DNA of 55,087 bases from Girardia tigrina. Lineage: Eukaryota. The number at the start of each line of letters is the position of its first letter. Position 1 is the stretch's first letter. This document shows, in pieces, positions 27,328 through 40,828 of this stretch. Location of the stretch: contig MQRK01254460.1 in NCBI GenBank assembly GCA_001938485.1, forward strand, positions 1 through 55,087, read 5' to 3'. The position numbers and the translations under genes were made by a program. The notes beneath the pieces were generated by a model. That model was given only the letters and a program-made list of their open reading frames with translations, was not told the origin of the DNA and made no database searches.

Positions 27328-27778
27328 TGTGAGGGATAATTGTGAATGTTGTAAGTTTGTTGTTTTTATGCTGTTTAGATTTGCGACTCTCCTACCCAGA
27401 TGGGATTGATATGTTATTGATTAATTATTTGAATCTAATGAAATTATATTAATGATATTAATTTTAAATACTAATTAATTAAAGTTTGATAATTATGAAT
27501 TTTAATAATATTTTCAGTAAATGATTTTAACTTATTAAAATTTAATATTTTAAAAATTAATGTTTATTTAAAAAATTATGTAATAACTTTTATCCAATAA
27601 AAATTATGAGAAATTAAAATGTAATATTAATATTTCCCCATTCATTAATTTTTTTCATATTTAAATATTTAATCAAAAACTATATTAATCAAGGAAGGAT
27701 GACCACTGACAATTGTTGTGAAGAATCTGTTTGTGTTGTAAATAAATGTTTGCATTCAAATTGTGATGTTGTTAATAA
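27328..27778 (+). mobile_element. Diverged solo LTR of the local Gypsy LTR family
   Basis: Starts TGTGAGG; shares CTCTCCTACCCAGATGG core with the 36093 and 46569 copies; 3' end approximate. Confidence 0.65.
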
Positions 27779-28481
27779 TTATAATATATTTATTGATAAT
27801 TTCATTTCTTTTTTTTATCATAGTCATCATATTTAGTAAACATAAACCAGCAGATAGTAAATTTATCAATAAAAATATATATAATATATTATTTTGTTTA
27901 AATTTGTATAATAAAACAGTAAAGGGAAAATTTAAAACATTTTACACATTCAGTTGACTGAACTCATTTTCATGTTGCATCTGCTCAGCTGCTAGAAATA
28001 TTCTTTTGTAAAAATGTTGACAAAATATTAATTAAATAAAATTATTTTACACGAAATATTTATCTTAAATAAAAATAAAGATAATATAACTAATAATAAT
28101 AATTATTATTATAAAATTTTTATTATAATAATAATAATACCCATAATAATAATTAACACCATAAAATATTTATCAAATTGTATTTTTTTTAAAAAAAACA
28201 TTAATATTTTTTCTCAAAATAAAATCTTTAATTAATAATTTTCTTTGTCAAAAATAATATTCTTTAATCTTATTAAATTTTTAATCCGATTTTTGTTCAA
28301 ACATAAAATTTTCAGTCACACAGAAGCAAAGAAAAATATTTTATTTTTATTAAATGATTTTCAATAATTTTTCAAGAAATCAATTGTTTAATTAATTCTG
28401 AAATGTTAAGATTTTTAAAGAAAATATTTACAATATTAACTTATTATTAATAATAGAATAATATATAAAATAAAATTTCAG

Positions 28482-28674
28482 AACCTCCAGATAAACCGAA
28501 AAAGATGCATATTGAAACTTCAGACCAAGCGAGGATTGTATTGTCATGGAGTCCTCCTTTTAATTCGGATTCTCCGGAAATGAATAATGACAATCAGACT
28601 TATTTTAAAGTTGAATGCGAAAATTGCCCCAACAAAATCTCTTTTGTACCATCTTCTCAAACATTTGGCAGCAA
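28482..28674 (+). CDS. Eph: Eph receptor exon: FN3-1, first part
   Basis: tttcag|AA; KPPDKPKKMHIETSDQARIVLSWSPP...TYFKVECENC...FVP; AA|gtgaga; phase 1-2; missed by the ORF track. Confidence 0.93.
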
Positions 28675-29600
28675 GTGAGACTTTTTGACTAATCTTTTAG
28701 AACATCATTTGATGAGCAAATATACAATTAATGTAACTAATTGTAGTATTTTATCGTTTATACAATTCGAACCAAATAATGAATATCAATTTACTAATTT
28801 ATTATTTATATATTTTTTTAAATTCACAAAAATATAACAATATCACAACATTATAATAATAGCAGTAATAATTATAATTTCACTTTAGGGAAAAATTTAA
28901 CAGTTTAAAATAACAAAAGAAATTTAATCAAAACAGCAAACACCATAAATAATTATTTAATAATTAAAATTTTTTATTCTTATTTTTGTTGAATATATTT
29001 GGAATTTGATATTATTTGCTTTTAAAACTCAATTTGATTTGATGGAATAAAAATATTTTGTATTTTAATCATTAATTTCAATAGAAATTATTATAAATTA
29101 AAAATATTTTAAAATAATTTCAAGGAGAAATTTTTATTCTTGTTTTTAAAAAATAATCTAAATTACCTCTCACAATCGGTGTTAATAAATGATATAAATT
29201 TTACCATGATTTTCAATAATTATTAACAATAGTTTTGTATCATTTAAAAAATTATTAATTAATATAATTAATTAATATTTTAAATTAATATTTTAATTTT
29301 TATTATTAATTAATATTTTTCAAAAGTGTTTTAATAATAATATAGAATTTCAAGCATGATATCATCGTTTTTAAAAATGAAAATATTTATATTTTTTTAC
29401 ATTTAGTAAGATTAGATCTCGATAAACTAAAACTATAGATTAAGAAGAAATTATAAAATATTCGTTTTAAAACTAATTATTTAATTTTAAAATTAATTAT
29501 TTAATTATATATCTTTAATACAATACAATTATTAAACTAATTCAAATGATGTTTCTTCATCACTAATGTACAATTCTTTCTAATCACTTATCTCGTTGTT

Positions 29601-29840
29601 ATGACTGAAAATGTTTGAAATTTGCTTGTGAATCAGCGCCAGACCGGAAATCAAATTTTACAAATGATTAGTTGTGTCCGTTGGGAATATGCGGAGATCA
29701 AGTCTGATTTAGTAATGGGACGCAATTTATCTGCACTGTTTCTCAGCTTGAAGTGCCATAACATCAAGCCGAATTATATATACAATCAAATCAGCCTTTG
29801 TATGATTTGCGGGTGCTGTTGATATTGATTGATTCGGATA
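29601..29840 (+). pseudogene. ERCC1: ERCC1/Rad10 central-domain fragment, intronless and disrupted
   Basis: MTENV*NLLVNQRQTGNQILQMISCVRWEYAEIKSDLVMGRNLSALFLSLKCHNIKPNYI, then frameshifted LYDLRVLLILID; cf. ERCC1 IIVSPRQRGNPVL...WEF...DYVLG...ALFLSLRYHNLHPDYI...LRVLLVQVD. Confidence 0.88.
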
Positions 29841-29893
29841 AAAAGAAAAATCAATTTATAATATTTATGCTCAACTCCGATTTGATTTGCTAG

Positions 29894-30090
29894 TGTGATT
29901 TCTGCGCGATGTGCGTGCACGACTCGGTGGTGATCATGGCGCTGTTCGAGCACTTGTTGGGCGCTTCTTGGTGCATAGACTATTTCAAGTGCAACTTCAA
30001 AGAACGAAATGCAAAAATCGAATTAACTAAAGATGAGCTCGTTCTCGATTGCAATGCCATTAAATTCGATGTAGCGATCAATTGGAAATT
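29894..30090 (+). pseudogene. Probable BTB-BACK (Kelch-like) gene fragment
   Basis: High GC3; CDFCAMCVHDSVVIMALFEHLLGASWCIDYFKCNFKE...ELTKDELVLDCNAIKFDVAINW resembles a deleted BACK domain (C..(Y/F)I..NF.E, L..DEL, F.....W). Confidence 0.4.
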
Positions 30091-30249
30091 CAGTCTTAAT
30101 ATTATGATGATTCAAAGTGCCCAACATAATCAAAATAAACCACTACGTAACCTTTTTGCCTTCATCCGTTTCCCGGGGCAACCTGAGAGTGGGGCGGAAC
30201 AATTATATTTTTCTGCTCTTCTAGGATGAAACAGTTATTTATTTATATT

Positions 30250-31060
30250 AATTTGCATTTATCTAAGTGATAGGTTGTATAAAGAGCTTTAATAGAATAA
30301 TTTCTGTTTTTTCGATAAACTCTCATTTTATTTATATCACTTTATTCGAATGTATAAAAGTCATTGATGGAAAATTTACACAAGTTTTTTTCTAAATGAT
30401 TTTAATGCCGATGATTGCTTGCATTATTTATCCCTAACCATACTAGAAATACCTGACACAAAATCTAAATGTTTCATTGAAAAAGATAAAAGATTGTATT
30501 TAAGTTTTACAAATTATATATTCAGTAAGTCAAATTACAAAAATATTTCAAAATAAATTTATTACAATTTATTTCTTTATTAATAATGGAGCCTGCCTTC
30601 GAATAAAGTAAATATCTTCGGTAAATACACCTTCAATCTGAACTATTTTTGATTGCATGAAGATTCAGTTAACGTTAAATGAAATCCTTGACAAATAACT
30701 TTCCTTTCCAAAATTATTTTATTTTTTCTTTCTTTTGTATAATGTTTAATATTTCATTTTTTTCATTATTTATTATATTTATCAGATAAATTTATTAATG
30801 CTTTTGTTCATATTAAAATATACCATTAATTATAATCATTCAAAAATAATTTCTATTATGATACTTTGTCACAAATATTGACAGATAATAATAAATTCAC
30901 TGTTCCATATTGGGGTGACTGACTGTTAGGAATCTTACGGGAAACTTATATTTTCAGCCCCTCCCATTGACCACCTGAAGAAGCCCTTGACATGGAGTAG
31001 TTCAAATCTATTTCTGAATAAAGAATCTAAAATAAATATTGTGGTTAAATAAAAATTATT
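30250..31060 (+). mobile_element. Penelope-like element remnant with disrupted hammerhead core
   Basis: Decayed ORF-like sequence, then ACCAC-CTGAAGA (30970-30981) ... AAATATT-GTGGT (31034-31045) and AATAAA. Confidence 0.4.
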
Positions 31061-31729
31061 TAAATCGTATTCAATATATATTAAAATATTTTATGTTATT
31101 TTATTTACATTATTTATTTATTTTATAATTAGTTATCAAAATAAATGACATATTATTGAATTCTCTACAAATTTTGTATAAATTAAAATGTTTAAATATA
31201 TAATTTTTATTATATATTTTACAATTTTATAACTGAATCATCGTCTAATTAATTATTGATAAATTAATAACTTACTAATTAATTTATGAATAATTTATTA
31301 TTATGATTGATTAAAGTTAAAAATATTTTTATTGTATGTATACAGCATTATGAAAAAAATATTAAAATAATATAAATGATTGTTAAATTAAATTACCCAT
31401 AAATTAAATTAGTATACAAAAATAAAATAAATTATTATTATCAATTAACGTAGTTAAAGAATTTTCTTCTAAAATAATTCAAGATTTTCCTGTTTAGAAT
31501 AAATTACCATTTATTAAAATATTTTTCATTGAAATTAAACAATTGTTTTTCTTTGAACATTAAAAACAAAATAATAAATTCAAAATACAAAAAAATATTT
31601 TTCATGAAATTCTAAATTGTTATCATTTTTTGTAAAATTATTTTTTTAATTGTTGAAAACGATTTTTAATATTTTTGTACCGAAGAAACACAATTTTTAA
31701 GTTATTCAATTTTGTTAAGATTATATATA

Positions 31730-32945
31730 CCATTTTTAATTCAAAAGAAACTATTTTTATTTCAATTTAAACTTTAAAAATAATATAAGTGAAATGATTG
31801 AATAAAAACTAAAAAATCTTTTTTTTTGAAAAAAAACATATTTAATGAATATAAGGTGACTTAGCAGCTTAGATGTAACAAGCCACATTTGATGTTGTGA
31901 TGTTTCTCGCCTCTTCTCACAGAACATCAGAAAGTACTACAATCGCATTTGTGCTAAGACGCCCTCGTGTACCTATCTTTATTTTGAAAAAGCAAAATTC
32001 AACAGGAATCAACACAAGAATAAGATTCCCGGAATTTAAAATCCTACCCAAACTCTTGGGTTCTTCATTCAATCTCTTGCTTTTTTTGAATACGCGCCTT
32101 ATCAAACATTATACACTCCCTTTGCAAATTTGAAGTATCTTGTAAGTAGACACAAAGTTCCCGAAGATAGATCTCAAATACTCTGAAATTATCAGTCTAA
32201 TTTGATATAACTTTAGTATGTCCAATATTAATGCAATCCTATTTGCAATCAACGTCACAGATCTTCATCTCGGGAAGACTACATTTGCCCTCATTCCTCT
32301 TCTTGATCGAGCGAACGTTCTCTGATTATGAAGACTGAACGAGGTTTCTTCAACAAAAACTACATTTGAATAATAATCGAAAAAACATGTTGTTAAACTA
32401 GATCGCATATTCCTGACTTTCGAATATATTTCCGAACTGGTAATACGATACAACTCTTGATGCGAAAGTTTAGTTGCAATAGCCAACATAACAAGCCTAG
32501 TATGGATGGTCGACAATGGAATTTCACATTCGGCATTATTCCACGTGAGTATTTTTATCATTATTGTTTCTAGAGTCAGTTCAAGATTTGCAGAAATTCT
32601 TTCCTCGATTAAAATTAAATTCCGCTGAATTAAAACGTCGGCTAAAGACTTGTATAGCTTACATCCTCGACAAATCGAATTAACGTATGACGAGTCCCGT
32701 TTGAAAATGTTCTTCTAGATTTTTTCTTGCTCTTGTCGTTCCATTGTAATTTACTGAAAGTCAACATTGATAGACCAAAATACAACAATAAACCTTATAA
32801 ATAAATAATAGAACTTTTTAAAGAAATATCAATTTGGTTTTGTAAATCTGATGAATGAATTTGTTATTCAGTAAGCGCAACGATTCACTGAAATTGTTTT
32901 TCGTTTCAATTGAAATAAAAATAGTTTCTTTTGAATTAAAAATGG
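31730..32945 (-). mobile_element. IS630/Tc1-family DNA transposon with perfect 38-bp TIRs
   Basis: CCATTTTTAATTCAAAAGAAACTATTTTTATTTCAATT at 31730-31767 and inverted at 32908-32945; minus frames LSTIHTRL, VVFVEETSF...ARSRRG, LIPVEFCFFKIK. Confidence 0.88.
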
Positions 32946-33024
32946 TTTTGATTAATATTTATTTAACGTAATAATTTAATTATTAAATGATTGTCGTAAT
33001 TGAAGACCTTCTATTTCCATTTAG

Positions 33025-33164
33025 TGTTACGGTACTTGGATGTCTTCCGAGTCGTGAATACAGTTTCAAAGTTATTACCGTAAATGAAGTCAGTCAATAT
33101 GTTACAAATACTTTTGATATCCACCAAAGCTACAGTAAAATATCAATGTTGACAAAACCTCTTG
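33025..33164 (+). CDS. Eph: Eph receptor exon: FN3-1, second part
   Basis: tttag|T; NVTVLGCLPSREYSFKVITVNEVS...TKPL; G|gtgagt; phase 2-1. Confidence 0.94.
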
Positions 33165-33671
33165 GTGAGTTTATCTTCAAATTCTTTTTTTTTTGAAAAA
33201 ATATAATTTATATAATATAAATAAATAAACTATTTTCTTACGCCACTCCAATGATGAATCCATTTCAACTCAATCTTAATAAATAAAAAGAGGAAGTCAA
33301 AGACTCAGTTTTCCGTAACATTTATTTTCGGTTTTACTTGAAGATTAAAGAATTTTTTAATCTTATTTTGTAAATTAGAGAAAAAAGTAAAGAAACTTCA
33401 AAAAAAAGTATTTCATTTTATATAAAAAGCGTTTTGATTTAAAATTTGTTTTTTTTAATTTTATAAAACGCTTTTCTTTATTTATGTATTAAAACCATTT
33501 AATTCTATTAAATGTTATATTTTTATTAAACAATTACAAACAATACATTAAATATGTGGTTATTTATTAGAGGACATCGTGTTTTATATTAAAATATAAA
33601 TAATATTATGTAAAATCTTAATATATCATTTAAGAATGTTTTGTGCGTATATGTTAAGGGGTTTTGTTATA

Positions 33672-34270
33672 TTGGGTTGCTCGGAAAAATCGTTCTGATT
33701 TTTAATTAAATTCACCAGTATATTTTTATGTATAGACATATATTTAATAAATTATGTATACACCATTTTTTCCACAATAGTTTGACATCTGTCTAGTAAC
33801 AGCTTTTATGGCAAGAAACCCAAAGATTCAAAGTTCTTGTCATTAAGGTAATTTTGCAGTGATCTTTATAGGTGATTGTCTGAAGTGACAATATCGGAAG
33901 AATATGGTGGATGTGGTAACATATCACAACCAAGGTCCAACAACTGTTCCCTAGTAACCAATTACAGGCATGTGGCCTTTAATTGTTATGATGCAACGCA
34001 ACACATTACATGTACGCTAATTATGGCCGTGTTTCCTGGATCACTGTTTTAAAGTCATTCAGTTTGGAGCATTACTTTTCTGAATTAGTCATCTGATTAT
34101 TTGGTAGAATCTCATAATATAGAATTTTATTCCTTTAAAATTCCTCCATGCACAGAGCAGGACTTTTTTTCAGACGAAGACCGGCTTTTGAAATGACTAA
34201 TGTTGATTTGCTTCACATTGTTATGAAGATTAATTTTTACGGTACATGATCAATTAATTGGATCACATAA
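33672..34270 (-). mobile_element. Mariner 3' remnant
   Basis: TA|TTGGGTTGCTCGGAAAAATCG TIR; minus frame MLPHPPYSSDIVTSD. Confidence 0.8.
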
Positions 34271-34299
34271 TGTTCTTGTTTAAAGCTAAGAATGAAGGT

Positions 34300-36090
34300 T
34301 AGCTCTGGAGGACAGCTTTTTACTATATGATCATTAGTATATTCTCCAGGCAATTGCTGATAAACTGGGAAGGAAAGATGGACGGCATAAATACAAGATC
34401 AAAGGAAACAATAGTAGAGATCATGACGGATGAAGATTGGTTGAAGAAAAAATTATTATATTTGAAACGACTGAGGAGGTGTTGAAAGACTCAAATACAG
34501 AATTTAGAAAAAAGAGCAGATTTTTCAAAAGCAGAGAGGATCTTTATTAAGATGATACGACAGATGGAATTTTAAGGAGTTCTAGAATGATATGCTGGCC
34601 CTGTCTAGGAAACAATTATTTTAGTCAGTGTAAGTCGTTCGAGGCCTTGACGGTAAATCAGACACGAGAAATAGCAACGCAGTTATATCTGTGTTACATT
34701 TGCCTGCTATAAGGATATAAAAGCGGAATGTGTCGTAAACCGAATTTTGTTTTAGCTTAGGATTGTCCTGGAAAGCATCACCGATTATTGCACATGGAAA
34801 AAAAGACAAATATGGATGATCTGACGGAGACTTCGTATATGAAAAATGAGTGGGAATGCAACGAACGGTATAAAGGTTCAGGATCATCAAAATCATGTGA
34901 CGTTGAGAACAGTGACAGTGGCGTATCAGCAAATGGGAGAGAGGTAATTGTCAACGCATCAGATGATAAAGAGATCGATCAAGTGAAGAGTGTCGAATCA
35001 AAAGAAAGACCGTAAAAAATATCAATGTATTTAGATTCAAGAAGATCATCTTTGAATATTAGTGATGGATAAGAGGGTGAGATTATCGCAAATGATGTTT
35101 CCACAAATATGTCAAGAAAATTAAGAAATGTATAAAAAATATTGATTATGATAACAATGAAGAAGTATTTGAAAAACAAAAATCGATGATCTTAAACTCG
35201 AGAAACTCATCACTAAGTTTTACTGAGAAAAAAGCTAGAGAGACTTCTTTAATCGACTATTTAAGAAATGTATCGGAAAATATTGATGAAGACATAATGC
35301 CAGTAGTTATGTCTGATAAACGGAGCTTATCTATCGTCAGTAAGTCAATGAACAGATGTGTTAAAATTCAGGCAGATAATGACGACAAAAGAGAATAAGT
35401 AACTGAAAAGATTTCAACGTCAGTTAAATCAAAAAGAGGAAGATCATAGAATAAATCAATCACATTGATTTCAAATGATTTTGAAAATTAAGTTCAAAAT
35501 CAAGACGAAATCACTGAAACTATTAGTGAAAATGTTATTAAGAACAATGTGATGATTGCACATGAAGTTAGTAAAAGTTTTGTCACCAGAGGTTTTGAGA
35601 AGTTTTAAAGTTGCTCAAGTCAGAAGTTATAAAGATCTTGATTTAAGAAATTGAAAAATTGGATAAAAAAGAAATTGAAAAGAATGATAGAAATGAATTC
35701 GTATTTTAAATGTAAACACATTATTTTACGAACGAAAAGAAGCAATTTCAAAAGAAAAGGTTGTGTAGAAATATAAAGATGACGACTCTGAATCGAAACA
35801 TGATTATGTGAAAGCGATAAAGAAAGGAGTAATAAAAGATTATGCCTATTTAGAAGAAGCTGTTAAAACTGTTGATACGAAATTATTAATGAAAGGAACG
35901 ATAAATGATCTAAAATGTAAATTTTGAAGATGATGTTAAAGAGATGTACATTGATGAAGTGAAAATTTTTATAAAATAGATAAAAACTGTTAATGGATGC
36001 AGTATCGATTGAAGCGGTGAAATTTGATCATGAAATCGAATCATTAAATGTTGATTCAAACTCACGGTGGAACGAGAAGCGAGAGACTTC
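34300..36090 (+). mobile_element. BEL/Pao LTR-retrotransposon gag remnant followed by a decayed low-complexity ORF
   Basis: Triple Zn knuckle ICWPCLG...QCKSFEALT...LCYICL...CPGKHHRLLH at ~34590-34795; assignment of the downstream part is uncertain. Confidence 0.6.
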
Positions 36091-36092
36091 TT

Positions 36093-36508
36093 TGATACTA
36101 TTAACACCAATTTGACTTTATATATTTTTATTTAAACAACAATTTTGATTATCCTTAAGACAATCTTTGTCAAAGCTTTCGTACGATTGCATTTTACACT
36201 ACATTGATTAAGGAATTAATTCTTATTATTTTTTTAGCAAATGGAGAAATAAATATTTTAATAAAATATTTACTCAAAACTTATTGAATAATAATTAAAA
36301 TGATTATTAATTATTTAAAAAAATATTAATTTGATTTATTTATTTAAAATTGTAAAATTATTTGAAATTAAAAATAAATTTAAAAATAACATATTTTTAG
36401 ATAATAAGAATTCAAATATTAATCATCCATCTGGGTAGGAGAGACACATTTCCAAATCAACATACACATTCAAACACAAAACATCAAACCTTCAAAATAT
36501 TCCTCACA
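36093..36508 (-). mobile_element. 3' LTR of Gypsy element
   Basis: On the minus strand the PPT GAGGGGGA (36509-36516) is followed by TGTGAGG...TATCA; near-identical inverted copy at 46569-47018. Confidence 0.88.
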
Positions 36509-37480
36509 TCCCCCTCGATTTAAATGGCTTTGGCCATTCAACATTTCTAATAAAACTTCTTCCATCTTCAAGCTGTAACTCGTAACTTCTTTCATGATTT
36601 CTTTTCACCACTGTTGCGGGACCCATGTAACGGTCATCTTCTTTTGAGACATTTTCCTTCTTAATTAATACTTTGTCTCCGACTTCAAAAATTATTCTTG
36701 TCTCTGTTTTTTGTTCAACTGCTTTCAAATTTTTGTTATCTTCGGAATTGTTTTTCCACCAATGTCTCAGTTTTCTTCCCAATACATGCCTATCGTAGCT
36801 TCTACAGTACTATTTAACATAAACTCGACTTCTGATAAGAATTCTGTCCAATCTTTATGATCTTCATCCTTCATTCTAATATTCAAAGCATCTCTCATCG
36901 TGGGAAACTGTCTTTCCACGATTCCATGTGTGTTTTAATGATATGGATACGAATAGAATACCTGAACTTTAAAATTTTTTGCCATGTCCTTGAACAAAGC
37001 CGATTCAAATGTTTTTCCTCTGTCAACGTGGATTTCTTTTGGTGGTCCGAATTTCCATATCCATCTGTCCAATAACAATTTTCTAACTGTTTTTTCATCT
37101 TGACCAGCTGCTGCATTCAGGCTAATATATCCACTAAACTGGTCGATTATTGCAAATATATATTGTATCCATTTATATTTCTTTTGAATGGTCCACAAAA
37201 ATCAATGTATATATTCTGGAAATGTTCATCCGCTAATTGCTTTATATGCTTTTCTTTCGTTTTGGTTGTTAGTGTCTTCCTTTCTGACTATTTATGCAAC
37301 TTTGATCGATTTCTTTTATAAATTCTCTCATATTTTCCATGTCGAAATCATCTCGGAGGTAGTTATAGACCTTTTTACAACCTGCATGACACAACAATTT
37401 GTGCATTTCTTCAATAAAATTTGCTCCTTCTGCCTTTGGGATCCAGTATTTATTATCTTGATTTATGACGATATCATTGT
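36504..37480 (-). mobile_element. Gypsy/Ty3 integrase plus GPY/F C-terminal module, truncated and frameshifted
   Basis: YIFAIIDQFS, WIWKFGPPKEIHVDRGKTFES, YSYPYH, VGDKVLIK...YMGPATV...HERSYEL. Confidence 0.92.
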
Positions 37481-38321
37481 TTCAAAAACATGAGAAAATA
37501 ATTTTAATAAATCTTTTTAATTATTATTTTTAATCAATTATATTTAAACGTTTTAAAAATTAATTTTGAAATTCTTTTTCATTTTAATAAAATGATTGTA
37601 AAAAAATAATAAAAATGTTCATAAAATAATAATAATAAACTTTCATATTAAACTTTCAACGCATTTATTATGTCAAAAATAAAAAAATGTTTTAACAACA
37701 CTTATTTAAAAAATATTATTAAAATATTCATAAAAATATTTACAATGCATTACTTAAAACTATTTTTTAGACAAATTATAATATAATTTAATTATTATCA
37801 TTATCTTTATTTAAAAAAATATTTACGTTAATACCAAAAAACTAATTATTAAAAGACTACTAACTTATTTTTCAACCAAAAAATAAAACGATTTTTGTTT
37901 AATTTTTTCTAAAATAATAAATATAAAAGTAAAAATTTCTATTTGGATTTGTGATATTAAAAATAAAACTGCTGTATTAATTAACGATGTTTTTATAAAA
38001 ACGTTTTTGAATGAACATAAAATAGAAAAAGTTTAGCTTAAATACATGAAAATCTTTGTCAGATTTATGAATTCTATATATAGGTTTATACGTTTTAAAC
38101 ACATGTTTATATTTTCTCAATATCGAAACCGAAATGATGTTCTTAATATAAACAGTGTTGATCTGTAGCAATAATGATTTGACAAATACTTGAATCATTT
38201 CTCGATCTAAAAATAAATAAAAATAAGAAGAAAACAGGAAGGACAAAGCATGCAACCATTTGATCGTTTGTCATCAACATCTGATTTCCTTGTTTCGATC
38301 TTTAAGTATGTATATCGATCT

Positions 38322-38352
<31 letters not shown>

Positions 38353-39430
38353 TAGGGCCGGGTGAATTTTTTATATTNNNNNNNNNNNNNNNNNNNNNNN
38401 NNNNNNNNNNNNNNNNNNNNNNNNNNNATATATATTAGGGCCGGGTGAATTTTTTATATTACTTTCAGACAACCTTAGAAACTTGATATATACTAAAGTC
38501 GGAAATGTTATTGACTGCCCGTTGGGCTAATGTCTATCGGTACCACACTTTACATGAAGTTGATAACCATCTATATGTGGGTCATATATATGAAAAAAAC
38601 ATACTGAAGTATTTTCTCTACCTATTCAACGCTCACCAGCAACTATTTATGGTGTATTTTGTTTCCTTTTAGATAAAGGGATTATTTAATTAAATGAAAA
38701 TAATTATTCATGCCTTGTAGTATGTACACAAGAAGTCCCTATCATCACTCAGTGTTCGGTGATCCAATGGAACTGTCGAGAAATGTAATACATCTCTTTG
38801 AAGATATTTTTAGCGTTTATTGTCATCGTTTGTTTCAAGATAAAAGTTTAAGTGTTCTTCAGATCTCCAGAGCTGAAGCAGAAGAACTTATTAATATATA
38901 TACTACTGCCAGTATACCTACTATAAAATACGAAAGTGTTGTAAAGAAAGTTAAAAGACTTATTCACAAAGCTAATGACCTGACAAAACACTCGGATTCA
39001 CGACTTTATTCTGCGACCTACCAGGAAATTGCGAAGAGTTTCTCTAAATTGTTTGATATCTGTTCATGTAGATGTATTGGCCTGAGTATTTTAAAGAGGA
39101 GAGGCTGTCAATGTCCACTCGATAAGAAAATTCTGGCACTCGACTGGGATTTTTGCTTGGATTAGAAGACAGAAAGAAAAATGATAATTGAAAAGGTTGA
39201 CGAACTAGTAACTGAGATGATTGTAATGTCACAGGAAAGAACGGAATGGGAAAAGAGATTTAAAGAAGAATCTAAAGTTCAGGCGAGGATGGCAGAAGCA
39301 GTTTATGTTTATGATGGATTTCATGATGAATGTGAACACGACGAGGAGATATATCACAGCTGTAGCTTAGATGAACAATCCAATTCAGAAGAATGCAGTA
39401 GTCGAGCTCTTCAAAATAGACTTCAGTACT
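38353..39430 (+). mobile_element. hATm-type transposon 5' remnant
   Basis: TAGGG terminus; ASIPTI...VVKKVKRL...LFDICSCRC...CQCPLDKKI...D*KTERKM is the N-terminal signature I associate with hATm transposases. Confidence 0.65.
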
Positions 39431-39479
39431 GCCTCATTATCAATTTACTCCACAAGATATACCAACTACCAATCCTCGG

Positions 39480-39810
39480 TTAGCGACAGAACCTCCGACT
39501 ATCTCAATGGTGGTGGAGCAAACCATTAATCCAAAGATACGCACTTGACTTTTAGGATCACTGACTCAACAGCGAGGGGAGACTTCAAGTGTCCCTTTCG
39601 TGGCTGTGCTAAGTCCACTGACACAGCCAAACAGATGTTCAATCATGGTACCATAGTACATGATTGGTCGTTTCTAACAGGGAAGCCAAAGAGATCTCGG
39701 ATACTTAAGCAATCCGACCCCTTAGGAGGCCTATCGGGGGACAGCTAGCACTCTTTAGTTTTGGTGGACCTTCTAAAGAGCCTAGTAACTCAATACCATT
39801 CAAAAGAGAT
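39480..39810 (+). mobile_element. C2H2 zinc-finger fragment, probably the N-terminus of an R2/NeSL-type retroelement
   Basis: FKCPFRGCAKSTDTAKQMFNHGTIVH. Confidence 0.35.
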
Positions 39811-39814
39811 GGTG

Positions 39815-39990
39815 GCTCCTGTTGAAGAGACAATTCGTCATCTCAAAACAAGGATTAGTGAACACTCACATTAAAATAGATCGAGTAAGGTTCTTGATTA
39901 TTATAAATGTGGCAAAGAAAGAATTTCATCAATTTCAAAAGATGAATTTTCTATTTTTCAGAAGTGTTAATAACATTTATGCTATTGCTG
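39815..39990 (+). mobile_element. Penelope-type GIY-YIG endonuclease fragment
   Basis: VEETIRHLKTRISEH (cf. YIGETxRxLxxRxxEH). Confidence 0.65.
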
Positions 39991-40828
39991 TTATTCGATA
40001 ATTCAGCATTCTTAATTATCTTATATACCAAAAATTTTTTGATGAAAATAACACACATACATAAACAAATTTCTCATTAATTTAATCATTTCGTCGAAAT
40101 CTATGTATTAAATTTTCTTTAAATTTAATTTTTTTTTAAACTTTAATTATAATTATAAACTTTATTTTATTTGTAAATTTACAAATTTTATTGGTAAATT
40201 GATTTTGAGTAAATAATTAAATAAAATTTATTTTTTCTCAATTATTAAATTAAAAATATAATTGCAAAAACAAAAAAATTATATAATGTTTGAGAATACA
40301 AAAGAATGTCCAAATTATTTCTATAACTGATAAATTTGACATTTACTTGGAATTTACTGTAAGAAAAATGTAAAGTCTTGCAGAAAAATGCTCGAAATAA
40401 GATTTTATTGGGAATGACAGTTTGGTCGTCGGTGATAATTTTTCAACAAACTGATTATAAAATTGAGACTTTGGGATCAAAAATTTTCTAATTTAACATA
40501 GACTTTATACTTTCTGCAGAATTATTTAATGTATCCAGCCAAAGAATTTTAATCTTTTTAGTCCCTCTTTGAAAAGAAATTTCAAATTTGCATTTTTTTC
40601 TGTAAATTTTCTTTTCTTCGCAAAAATATCGAAATAAAATGAAACCATATTTACAAAATTATTTTTAAATTAATGTTTATTGAAATGTAGAAAAAATAAA
40701 TCATCATCTTTTATTCCGTGATACTTTATTATACTTTATATTTTTTGTAATAATTCATGCAACCCATTAATATAATTTTCCTCACAAATTAATTTCCAGA
40801 AATAAAAGAAATTATAGATTTATAATTA

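Noticed and set aside
38330-38460. Direct repeat TATATTAGGGCCGGGTGAATTTTTTATATT on both sides of a gap
   Set aside because: Most likely overlapping contig ends (scaffolding artefact)
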